Positions 6,558-14,284 of a stretch of 45,006 bases of DNA are shown piece after piece. The stretch comes from a virus. Each line of letters starts with the position of its first letter. Position 1 is the first letter of the stretch. Where the stretch lies: positions 1 through 45,006 of the IMG/VR virus record IMGVR_UViG_3300025851_000003; one strand, written 5' to 3'. The notes below the pieces were generated by a model. It had not been told where the DNA came from. It saw nothing but the letters and a program-made list of their open reading frames with translations, and made no database searches. The translations under genes were made by a program, and so were the position numbers.

Positions 6558-7164
6558 GGATCGAGAGCTATACACAAGACAGGATACCTCGATGTACCTG
6601 TCTGATTGTATCGTAGGTGTACGCACTGATGAGGGTATCGAGGCACACACTGTACGTGGTGTTGACAGTAGTATACTGCGCTTAGATAATGATCAACGTT
6701 CGTTAGAGATAGACTTCTATGATGAGCGTTTGATACTTGACTGGCCTACACTAGGTGTCGTACAGTTCAGAGGTTTTGTTGGGTACGTCATGACAGAATC
6801 ATTCGATGGTGCATACAAGAAGGGGTTCAACATACGAGGCACCGCACCTATCAAGGTTCCCTTTGCTACCGAGGTTGAGTACATAGGCGAACCATACCTA
6901 TCACACAAGGTACTCAGTGACATGTATGATAACAAGTCGCTCTCATTACAAGAGGCATGTGCCTTGCTTAGTACCCACATATCAGTACGTATTGATCGTA
7001 GCTTCTTTGTTGGTCATAGGTATGGGTATGCCATGCCCTTACTAGGGTATCGAGATAAGGTAGTAGGTGAGGTGCACGGTGATACTGTGATCTTGTTCCC
7101 TTCCTCCGCTCATCTAGCTAGTAAGTTAGAGAGCATAGCAACTGTTGAAATCCACGAGGGTTAG
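6550..7164 (+). CDS. Hypothetical protein (204 aa) inside the amidoligase island
   Basis: ORF track. Overlaps the P4 stop. No motif recognised. Confidence 0.75.
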   Translation: MIKDRELYTRQDTSMYLSDCIVGVRTDEGIEAHTVRGVDSSILRLDNDQRSLEIDFYDERLILDWPTLGVVQFRGFVGYVMTESFDGAYKKGFNIRGTAPIKVPFATEVEYIGEPYLSHKVLSDMYDNKSLSLQEACALLSTHISVRIDRSFFVGHRYGYAMPLLGYRDKVVGEVHGDTVILFPSSAHLASKLESIATVEIHEG

Positions 7165-7168
7165 TACG

Positions 7169-8134
7169 ATGAAGAAGATGTATGAGATATTCGAGAAGGA
7201 TGACGATGCAGTGGGTTGTAATGTATCTCCTTACCTAGTCAGTAACACAATGGTAGGTATTGAGCACGAGTTAGAGGGATACGATACGGAAATAAATGTT
7301 GGTGGTTGGAAGACAGAGCATGATCCCTCTCTACGTAATGGTGGTATCGAGTTCATACTTGATGGCCCTCAAGGTGGTGCTAGGTTAGTAACATCAATCG
7401 AGGCTATGCACAGTATGATTGATAGGCATCCTGAGTTGATAGCCAATGAGCGCACATCAACACACATCCACATAGATGCACGTGATATGACAACACGTCA
7501 GCTATTGAACATGATTGTAGTCTACACTACATTCGAACATGCTATCTTCGCTATGTGTGAGCAGTCACGTACCGATAACAACTTCTGTGTACCATCATAC
7601 AAGAACGGCGGTCTTGCTGACCGTGTACGTAGAGTGCACCTTAACCCTGATAGTGATAGCGCAGTGCATACATTAGCTCACAGTAACTTTCGTTACGCAG
7701 CTATGAACCTGTCAGCTCTGTCACGGTACGGTTCAATAGAGTTTCGTATGAGTGGTACGCTTACTGATAAGGATAAGCTGTTCGATTGGATCAACATCTT
7801 CTTGTCTATCAAGACATTCGCTATGTTGTTAGGCGAGGATGATGTGCAAGATACCATCACTCGTATGAGTAAGATGGAGGCACCACGTCTTACCTCTTTT
7901 ATTTTTGGTGAGAAAATTGCCGAGCTATTTAGTGATAAGGTGAACATGTTTCAGGTGGTAGGTGAGGGGTTGCTACTTGCTAAGCATACATACTGTAGTA
8001 ATGTAGCGTCAGACGCTGATGTATGCGACTATGCACAGCGTTGTGATGTAGAGGCAAGCCCTATACTGGGTGCAATAGAAAGTTTAACAGGCGGTCGTAC
8101 AGACTTCGTTAATTATATGAGAGGTGCAGGATAA
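7169..8134 (+). CDS. Putative amidoligase (Amidoligase_2 / glutamine-synthetase-like fold)
   Basis: 321 aa from ATG 7169 (GAGGG upstream); the track start 7145 is a TTG. Motifs GIEHELE, DPSLRNGGIEF, STHIHID and YGSIEFRMSGT match the putative amidoligase enzyme family as I remember it. Confidence 0.8.
   Translation: MKKMYEIFEKDDDAVGCNVSPYLVSNTMVGIEHELEGYDTEINVGGWKTEHDPSLRNGGIEFILDGPQGGARLVTSIEAMHSMIDRHPELIANERTSTHIHIDARDMTTRQLLNMIVVYTTFEHAIFAMCEQSRTDNNFCVPSYKNGGLADRVRRVHLNPDSDSAVHTLAHSNFRYAAMNLSALSRYGSIEFRMSGTLTDKDKLFDWINIFLSIKTFAMLLGEDDVQDTITRMSKMEAPRLTSFIFGEKIAELFSDKVNMFQVVGEGLLLAKHTYCSNVASDADVCDYAQRCDVEASPILGAIESLTGGRTDFVNYMRGAG
7517..7530. repeat. Palindrome family, GTAGTCTACACTAC (1 mismatch)
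   Basis: Inside the amidoligase gene in the GTA GTC frame. The mismatch turns the would-be TAG into TAC. Confidence 0.7.
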
Positions 8135-9504
8135 TGTGTGGTATCGTAACGGTATTTGGTAAGGGCATGGGCACCACACACGGTGCTATCTTCCATGACC
8201 TACTAATCATTGATCAACTGCGTGGTGTGCATGGTACTGGCATCATCAAGATCAAGAAGAATGGTGAGGCATGGGTACTTAAGGATGGTGTCAATGCATC
8301 TGAGTTACTAGCTGATCCAGCTAACAAGGAGTTTGCTAAGAATGCTAGCACGGCTAACGGTTTCATAGGACACAATCGTTGGGCTACTGTTGGTGCTCAT
8401 ACATCTGACAACTCACATCCATTCACACATGATAACATCTGTATGGTACACAATGGCACGCTTGATGATCAATCTAAGCTAGCCACTGACAAGGATCACA
8501 AGGAGTTCGCTGTTGATAGTGATCAGATAGCCTTCACTCTATCTAAACGTAGCGTAGAGGACACAGTGAAGGCCATTGATGGTGCCTTTGTACTGGCATG
8601 GCATGATGATGAGGACAACTCATTCAACTTTGTACGTAATGATGAGCGTCCATTCCATATAGCTAAGGTGCAGGGACAGGATATCTACATCGGTGCTAGT
8701 GAGGAGTGGATGATACATGCAGCCATTAGCAGACAGAAGGTAGTCTTTGAGATTGACCCACCTAAAGAGTTACCTGTTGGTGTGCATGTTAAGTTCGAGT
8801 TACCTATGCACTACGGTGCGATGGGTGATGTAACCAAGACAACAGTCTCGCTTATGCCTGAGACAGAGAGGTACTGGGCTTCGCTGAGTGCGTACAAAAG
8901 CGCAACCAACTGGAATGGTGGCCAAAGCTCTCGCAGCTATAAGAAATTTCAAGCTCCGAAAGTAGTCCAGACTACACACAAGACGCTATCCTCACAGGTA
9001 GCTGCTGATATGAAGCGCTTGGAACATAAGATTGGTGAGTATGTCGAGGTTGATATGTCACACTTCGAACCATACCCTCAAGCTACTAGTACTGGTAAGC
9101 AGTACGGTGTCATGCATGGTACTGCTATCGTAGCAGGTGGGTTACAAGCTTACGCTGTACATGCAGTCGATCAAGATAAGTTCAAGGAAGGTGCATACAC
9201 TGGCAAGGTAGTGAGTGTGTCGCACAACCTACGTAGAGATGGTGTGCCTCGTGACATGCGTGACATCATTATCTTACATGATGTGACTAAGGCAAGCGTT
9301 TCGCATGATGATGCTTACTTGTATGGCCCGACAGGTGATCTTGTTACAGCTAAGGCATTCAAGATACTAACAGCTGAAGGTTGTATCTGTTGCACATGTG
9401 AGATAACAGAGCAGATGGACACTGATATGTCATGGGATTTCAATGAGCCTGTATGTCCTAACTGTACTGATAGTCTCAAGGGTATGCAAACACTAGCAGT
9501 ATAG
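8134..9504 (+). CDS. Class II (Ntn) glutamine amidotransferase domain protein with unknown C-terminal half and terminal zinc ribbon
   Basis: 456 aa. Begins MCGIV (Cys nucleophile after Met removal). GHNRWATVG...NSHPF...MVHNGTL is typical of GATase type 2. The C-terminal ~230 aa are unassigned and end in CICCTC...CPNC. Confidence 0.85.
   Translation: MCGIVTVFGKGMGTTHGAIFHDLLIIDQLRGVHGTGIIKIKKNGEAWVLKDGVNASELLADPANKEFAKNASTANGFIGHNRWATVGAHTSDNSHPFTHDNICMVHNGTLDDQSKLATDKDHKEFAVDSDQIAFTLSKRSVEDTVKAIDGAFVLAWHDDEDNSFNFVRNDERPFHIAKVQGQDIYIGASEEWMIHAAISRQKVVFEIDPPKELPVGVHVKFELPMHYGAMGDVTKTTVSLMPETERYWASLSAYKSATNWNGGQSSRSYKKFQAPKVVQTTHKTLSSQVAADMKRLEHKIGEYVEVDMSHFEPYPQATSTGKQYGVMHGTAIVAGGLQAYAVHAVDQDKFKEGAYTGKVVSVSHNLRRDGVPRDMRDIIILHDVTKASVSHDDAYLYGPTGDLVTAKAFKILTAEGCICCTCEITEQMDTDMSWDFNEPVCPNCTDSLKGMQTLAV
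8962..8975. repeat. Palindrome family, GTAGTCCAGACTAC (1 mismatch)
   Basis: Inside the amidotransferase gene in the GTA GTC frame. The mismatch turns TAG into CAG. Confidence 0.7.
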
Positions 9505-9603
9505 GAGGCAGCATGTTTATTAGGAACCCATGGTTCATGGAGAGTAGTGTAGTATCATTAACGTTAGACAAATCATTTAAAATATTAGACGGAGAGCTTA
9601 CTG

Positions 9604-10374
9604 ATGAGCAACAAAAAGATTTTTATATTGCCTTACAAGAGTGGCAGCAAGTCAGCCAAGGCACTAGCGACAGCACTGGATTCGAAACGTATCAAATTGA
9701 AGAACTCCCGCTATCGTCCGAGCCAACAACATCTAGTGATCAACTGGGGGAGTCGGGGGGAAACATCGGTCAACTTAGAAGAGAGTGGGTTGCCTTTGTT
9801 GAATCCACCCAGCGCAGTGAGGCTGGCTTCGTGCAAGCTGAAGACATTCCGTTCACTACCTACCGAGGTGGTGCCGATGTGGACAGTGAGCAAAGAGACC
9901 GCAGCAACGTGGATTGGAGAAGGGCTAGTCGTCTGCCGTGGTAAGCTTAACGGTCACAGTGGACAGGGTATTGTGATTGCTTCAACAGTGGACGAGTTGA
10001 TTGATGCCCCCTTGTATGTCAAGTACATTAACAAGAAGCATGAGTATCGAGTACACGTAGTAAACGGCAAGGTGATAGACCAACAACGTAAGATGAGGAG
10101 TCGTAAAGTTGCAGATGAGGATGTCAATTGGAAAATTCGTAACCATTCTAACGGATTTATATTCGGTCGGGAGGGTGTTGATCTCCCACAGGCGGCACTT
10201 GATATGTGTGTCGAGAGTGTTGGAACCCTCGGTCTTGACTTTGGAGCTGTTGACATGGTGTGGAATGAGCGTGATGATAGGTACTATGTACTTGAGATTA
10301 ACACAGCGTGTGGGTTGACAGGTACTACCCTAGAAAAATATGTTGAAGTCTTCAAGGAGATAGCTAATGGCTAA
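9604..10374 (+). CDS. ATP-grasp enzyme (RimK-like / R2K-type small ATP-grasp)
   Basis: 256 aa. Pattern: KLKTFRSL, GLVVCRGKLNGHSGQGIV, YVKYINKKHEYRVHVVNGKV, NHSNGF, GLDFGAVDMVW...YYVLEINTACGL. The final E-x-N matches the metal-binding motif of ATP-grasp ligases. Confidence 0.8.
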   Translation: MSNKKIFILPYKSGSKSAKALATALDSKRIKLKNSRYRPSQQHLVINWGSRGETSVNLEESGLPLLNPPSAVRLASCKLKTFRSLPTEVVPMWTVSKETAATWIGEGLVVCRGKLNGHSGQGIVIASTVDELIDAPLYVKYINKKHEYRVHVVNGKVIDQQRKMRSRKVADEDVNWKIRNHSNGFIFGREGVDLPQAALDMCVESVGTLGLDFGAVDMVWNERDDRYYVLEINTACGLTGTTLEKYVEVFKEIANG

Positions 10375-10657
10375 TGCAATGTGTTGCTCGGTTGGTGATG
10401 CGATAGGCCATTCGTGGGATGGCAACAGATGGTTGGTTGAATCAACAATGGCAATTGGTGTCACGGTACGGCGTATACTAGAAGATGGCAAGCTGGCTGG
10501 TCGGGCTATTCCGGTATACAATTATACGTTAAGGGGAATGGTTATCTTCGAACACGCAGGGGTGCCATCGGCTCTAACAGTAAGTAGTCTGGACTACATG
10601 AATGATGATGAACTGTCTGATGAGGATAAGGACATAATAGCGAGGGCTTTGGCATGA
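10367..10657 (+). CDS. Small-protein paralog P5 (96 aa)
   Basis: ..CSVGDAIG... then VSSLDYMNDDELSDEDKDIIARALA. Overlaps the ATP-grasp stop. Confidence 0.8.
   Translation: MANAMCCSVGDAIGHSWDGNRWLVESTMAIGVTVRRILEDGKLAGRAIPVYNYTLRGMVIFEHAGVPSALTVSSLDYMNDDELSDEDKDIIARALA
10584..10597. repeat. Palindrome family, GTAGTCTGGACTAC (1 mismatch, synonymous)
   Basis: Encodes SLDY of paralog P5. Confidence 0.75.
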
Positions 10658-10947
10658 TGGTTAGTGCATCGTATTGTAAAGTTGGTGATGTGCTAGGTTA
10701 TACCAATAGAGCTTATCGATGGAAGGTTACGAGCGTAAGAGAAGGTGGTGTAACACTACGTCGTATACTAAGCGATGGTAGGCTAGATGAATTCTTATCC
10801 TACCAAGTCAATCGTAAGTTAGCTCCAATGTTTATCTATGAACACGCAGCTCCTTCGTCAGCTGTAACAGTGAGTAGTCTAGACTACATGAGCGATGACA
10901 ACCTATCTAATGAAGACAAACAAATAATTAAAGAGGCACTACTATGA
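10654..10947 (+). CDS. Small-protein paralog P6 (97 aa)
   Basis: ..CKVGDVLG... then VSSLDYMSDDNLSNEDKQIIKEALL. ATGA coupling on both sides. Confidence 0.8.
   Translation: MMVSASYCKVGDVLGYTNRAYRWKVTSVREGGVTLRRILSDGRLDEFLSYQVNRKLAPMFIYEHAAPSSAVTVSSLDYMSDDNLSNEDKQIIKEALL
10874..10887. repeat. Palindrome family, perfect copy
   Basis: Encodes SLDY of paralog P6. Confidence 0.85.
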
Positions 10948-11321
10948 AAGATTCTACATTGGTTGGCGTGTATGGTTCCTTACGTAAGGGCTTAAGCAAT
11001 CACCACTACCTGCAGAACGCTGAGTTTGTTTCAACTACTGAGTTACCTGCTGTGTATAGCATGGTATCTCTTGGTGGATTCCCCGGTGTCATGGAGGGAG
11101 GTGATACTAAGATCATGCTTGAGATGTATCGTGTCACACCTGATGAGCTAGCTAATCTCGATAGTCTAGAAAGCAATGAGAGCTTCTACACTCGTAAGGA
11201 AGTAGATACCCTTGGGGGTAGCACTCCTTGGGTTTACTTTCTCCCTAGAGAGAAGTGGATAGACAATGAGCCTGTACCTAGTGGTGATTGGAAACTATTC
11301 TTGGAGCATCGTTATGCTTAA
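10944..11321 (+). CDS. Gamma-glutamyl cyclotransferase-like protein (GGCT/AIG2 family)
   Basis: 125 aa. The N-terminal VGVYGSLRKGLSNHHYL is the YGSL-x(2)-G-x(2)-N signature of the family. The size is typical. Confidence 0.75.
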   Translation: MKDSTLVGVYGSLRKGLSNHHYLQNAEFVSTTELPAVYSMVSLGGFPGVMEGGDTKIMLEMYRVTPDELANLDSLESNESFYTRKEVDTLGGSTPWVYFLPREKWIDNEPVPSGDWKLFLEHRYA

Positions 11322-11637
11322 GGTAGGTGATAGAGTTAGAATGAGGGCGTCTACTACTATCTATCATGAATGCTATAACAATCCTCGTGGCGTGGATGGT
11401 GTTGTTGTCTCGGTACTTCTTAGTTGCCGAGACGATGGTCATAGTTATAGCGTGCGTTGGGACAACGGTTATACAAACAGTGCATACAGATGGGGTAGAG
11501 ATATTTCTCGGTCGCCACGTGATAACACGGTCGTGATATGCAGTTCATCGTATCAGTCATGTGCTACCCTTGATGAGGAGGATAAAGAAATAATTAAAAA
11601 TAAGTTGAACCTTTTAGAAACTGCACTGTCTAATTAA
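11314..11637 (+). CDS. Small-protein paralog P7 (107 aa), divergent tail with C-terminal extension
   Basis: Start moved to ATG 11314 (GGAG upstream, junction ATGCTTAAGGTAGGTGATA). MLKVGDRV... then CSSSYQSCATLDEEDKEIIKNKLNLLETALSN. The last ~15 codons are also promoter copy A. Confidence 0.75.
   Translation: MLKVGDRVRMRASTTIYHECYNNPRGVDGVVVSVLLSCRDDGHSYSVRWDNGYTNSAYRWGRDISRSPRDNTVVICSSSYQSCATLDEEDKEIIKNKLNLLETALSN
11605..11634 (+). promoter_or_regulatory. Conserved promoter copy A: TTGAAC-N18-TCTAAT with A-rich upstream tract, ahead of the primase-helicase gene
   Basis: -35 at 11605-11610 and -10 at 11629-11634. The same hexamers, spacer length and AAAAATAA upstream tract recur at 32510-32539 and 44645-44674 on the other strand, each time pointing into the downstream gene. 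Confidence 0.6.
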
Positions 11638-11721
11638 TCATACAGTCTCAATCATATCTACTTTAATTTCTTTTAATATAAAGAATTAGTAGTAACGAAT
11701 AAGTAAAGAGGAGTGTTACCT

Positions 11722-13413
11722 ATGGCTGGTCGGCCTTATGAAAAAATAGAGGGAGGTTGTACTGCCTGTGGTGGTTCGCCTCAAGTCTTTGAACAAGATG
11801 ATGGTACGTTTGATTCGTACTGTTACAAGTGTGGTCATGTTGATGATGATCCTTATGGTGAGGGTAAGGCTACTAAGGGAGAGCCACCTAAACGTTTAAC
11901 ACCTGAGCAACTGGCTGCTCAACTACAGGAGATAACAGATGACATGCCAGTACGTGACATACCTGATCGTGGATTACGTAAGGGTGTGTTAGCTTACCTT
12001 GGTATACGTGTTGCAGTTAGTCAGACTGATGGTAAGACTATCCACTCACACTACTACCCAACAGAGATCGATGGAGTGATCACAGGGTATGAGGTAAGAC
12101 GTTGTGATCCTAAAGGTTTCTATGCTATGGGTCAACGTAAGGGTGCTGATCCTTTCAACTGGAAGAAGGCAATGGAAGAGATAGGTAAGGGGCAACGTGA
12201 TCTAATCATCGTTGAAGATGCACTGTCCTGTGCCTCAGTCATCCAAGAGTTCCGTGCTGCACAGAAGGGTACGCAGTATGAGAAGAACATACCTGCTGTG
12301 ATTGCATTACCTATGGGTGCTCAGTCAGGGTTGAAATGTTTAGAGGGTAAGGGTGATCAACTACGTATGGTTGACCGCTTCATCTTCTGCTTAGATCAAG
12401 ATGCAGCTGGTGAGGAAGGCACTCGTAAGCTAATCACCTTGTTAGGACAAGAGAAGTGTATGGCTGCTAAGCTCCCACTTAAAGATCCTAACGACATGAC
12501 AATGGCAGGACGTGGTGCTGAGTTATTCACTGCATTGAAATGGAAGTCACAAGCTGTACGTAATGATGGTGTGAAGGATGCATCGGATTACTTTGATGAT
12601 GCAGGTAAGAAGGCTGAGTGGGGATTGTCGTGGCCTTGGCCATCGGCTACTACTGCCACCTTTGGTATACGTACTGGTGAGATACATATCGTTGGTGCTG
12701 CACCTAAGATTGGTAAGACGGATCACCACTATCAAGTAGCTGATTGGTTGGTACGTGAACACAAGGAGACAATCGGATTGTTTACCTTCGAGTTCTCTGG
12801 TGCCAAGGCAATGAAGATGATAGCTGGTAAGGCAGCACGTAAGCCATTCCATAGACCTGACGTTGAGTACACACCAGCTGAGTTACAAGAAGCTATGGAG
12901 TTATTCAGGGACAAGGTTAAGATCTATGACAGTCGTCAAGACAGGGACTGGCAGTGTGTTAAGGATGCTATCACTGGTATGAGTATACATGATGGAGTTA
13001 AGTACTTCTTCATTGATCCTCTTACTGCATTGATTAGTAGTGTTAGTGCTAGTGAGGCTAACGATAGGTTGAACATGATCATGACTGATCTTGCTAAGCT
13101 TACTGCTGATCTAGGTTGTACCTTCTTTGTATACACACACGTTAACCCTGTTGGTAAGGGCACACCACATGAGCAAGGTGGTCGTGTACTAGCTGGACAG
13201 TTCACAGGGTCACGTGCTATGGAGAAGTGGGCACACTATGGTTGGGGTATCAGTCGTGATCGATTGAATGAGGACGAGGTAGTACGTAATACTTCTACCT
13301 TGGAGATGTTGTTCGATAGAGAGTTCGGTAACACATGCCGCTTCCCTCTCATCTATGATCCATCAACTGCTACCTTCGGGGAGCAATCATACACAGCAAG
13401 CGAGGACTTCTAA
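11722..13413 (+). CDS. Bifunctional DNA primase-helicase (T7 gp4-like)
   Basis: 563 aa from ATG 11722 (AAAGAGGAG upstream). Zinc ribbon CTACGG..CYKCGH, TOPRIM-like IIVEDALS and CLDQDAAG, Walker A GAAPKIGKTD, DnaB-type helicase C-terminal half. Confidence 0.9.
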   Translation: MAGRPYEKIEGGCTACGGSPQVFEQDDGTFDSYCYKCGHVDDDPYGEGKATKGEPPKRLTPEQLAAQLQEITDDMPVRDIPDRGLRKGVLAYLGIRVAVSQTDGKTIHSHYYPTEIDGVITGYEVRRCDPKGFYAMGQRKGADPFNWKKAMEEIGKGQRDLIIVEDALSCASVIQEFRAAQKGTQYEKNIPAVIALPMGAQSGLKCLEGKGDQLRMVDRFIFCLDQDAAGEEGTRKLITLLGQEKCMAAKLPLKDPNDMTMAGRGAELFTALKWKSQAVRNDGVKDASDYFDDAGKKAEWGLSWPWPSATTATFGIRTGEIHIVGAAPKIGKTDHHYQVADWLVREHKETIGLFTFEFSGAKAMKMIAGKAARKPFHRPDVEYTPAELQEAMELFRDKVKIYDSRQDRDWQCVKDAITGMSIHDGVKYFFIDPLTALISSVSASEANDRLNMIMTDLAKLTADLGCTFFVYTHVNPVGKGTPHEQGGRVLAGQFTGSRAMEKWAHYGWGISRDRLNEDEVVRNTSTLEMLFDREFGNTCRFPLIYDPSTATFGEQSYTASEDF

Positions 13414-13877
13414 TGATTACTAGTCGAGACATAGTACTGGCATTGGGTGTGGGTGTGTGCTTAGGCATGGCATACGAGGCTAACGCAGAGGAGAAACATC
13501 ATGAGGTTAACGTAGGCTTCTACACTAAGCACCTAACAGGCGATACGTCTGAGTTAAACGAGACTAACAACATCGTAGCTTATACGTACCATCAACTGAC
13601 AGAGCCTTACGAGTGGCACATGACGTACTCAATTGGCGACTTCTCTAACAGTCATGATGTGGCATCTAATTACATAGGTGTTGGTTATAACAAGACAGTA
13701 TTCAACGGTGCTGGCAGTTACGGTATGTCTGTGTTAGCAGTGAATGGTTACGAGGGACACGTAGCTACCATGTACAAGGGCTTGGTGTTCATGCCTGTCC
13801 CTACTGTACGGTATCACTGTGTATCAGGTGCCTTGTTTGGTAATGTTGTTATCGGTACAGTATCTATTAACTTTTAA
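13413..13877 (+). CDS. Secreted protein with features of a small outer-membrane beta-barrel (Lom/Ail/PagL-like architecture)
   Basis: 154 aa. N-terminal signal-like LALGVGVCLGMAYEANA. Alternating-hydrophobicity strands such as VNVGFYTKH, NIVAYTY, NYIGVGYNK, YGMSVLAVNGY. C-terminal ...VSINF ends in Phe. The family assignment is tentative. Confidence 0.55.
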   Translation: MITSRDIVLALGVGVCLGMAYEANAEEKHHEVNVGFYTKHLTGDTSELNETNNIVAYTYHQLTEPYEWHMTYSIGDFSNSHDVASNYIGVGYNKTVFNGAGSYGMSVLAVNGYEGHVATMYKGLVFMPVPTVRYHCVSGALFGNVVIGTVSINF

Positions 13878-13892
13878 GAGGATTGATTATGA
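13867..13892. repeat. 26-bp perfect direct repeat TTAACTTTTAAGAGGATTGATTATGA (copy 1)
   Basis: Identical to 14285-14310. Covers the last codons and stop of the upstream gene, the SD, and the ATG of the next gene. Confidence 0.9.
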
Positions 13893-14281
13893 AGAAGCAT
13901 ATACACTGTGATATTATTAAAGCATTTGCCAAAGGTGAGCGGGTGCAGGTGTTGAATCTGAGTGGGAATTGGAAAGGGGTAACTGACCCTGCCTTCAACC
14001 CTGACTTAACGTATCGTATAGTACCTGACTGTGAGGCCAAGCATGTACATCATTATGCTATGTTGGCATGGGCAGATGGTCACGAGATACAGTGCCTTCT
14101 TTCGGAGGGTACACCTAAAGAAGTTTGGAGAGATACACCGAGTCCTACCTTCGCTGCCTACTTAAATTATCGTGTCAAGCCAGCTGTCAGCGAGAAGGTT
14201 GCGTTGATGGAGGAGATGGAGGAACTACTGGAACGTATGAAGAAGTTGGAGAAACAGTATGACGAAGCATTTGCACTGTGA
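13889..14281 (+). CDS. Hypothetical protein (130 aa) with two internal ~45-aa repeats and a C-terminal coiled coil
   Basis: ATG 13889 with AAGAGGA upstream. Internal duplication visible (IKAFAKGERVQ..W..DPAFNPDLTYRIVP versus MLAWADGHEIQ..W..TPSPTFAAYLNYRVKP). Confidence 0.7.
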   Translation: MKKHIHCDIIKAFAKGERVQVLNLSGNWKGVTDPAFNPDLTYRIVPDCEAKHVHHYAMLAWADGHEIQCLLSEGTPKEVWRDTPSPTFAAYLNYRVKPAVSEKVALMEEMEELLERMKKLEKQYDEAFAL

Positions 14282-14284
14282 CGG

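Noticed and set aside
9513-9944. The 143-aa ORF as a full-length independent protein
   Set aside because: It overlaps the motif-supported ATP-grasp frame by 341 nt, and its distal two thirds are low-complexity Ser/Thr/Glu sequence typical of an off-frame read. Only the first ~45 codons and the strong SD are kept, as a finding to test.
3734-11637. The amidoligase island as a DNA base hypermodification pathway (for example amino-acid or polyamine adducts on thymidine)
   Set aside because: I saw no thymidylate-synthase-like hydroxymethylase, 5-hmdU DNA kinase, aGPT-type pyrophosphorylase, glycosylase-fold transferase or dNMP kinase anywhere in the genome. The interleaved small proteins also point to protein substrates. 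This is not excluded, and nucleoside LC-MS of virion DNA would test it.
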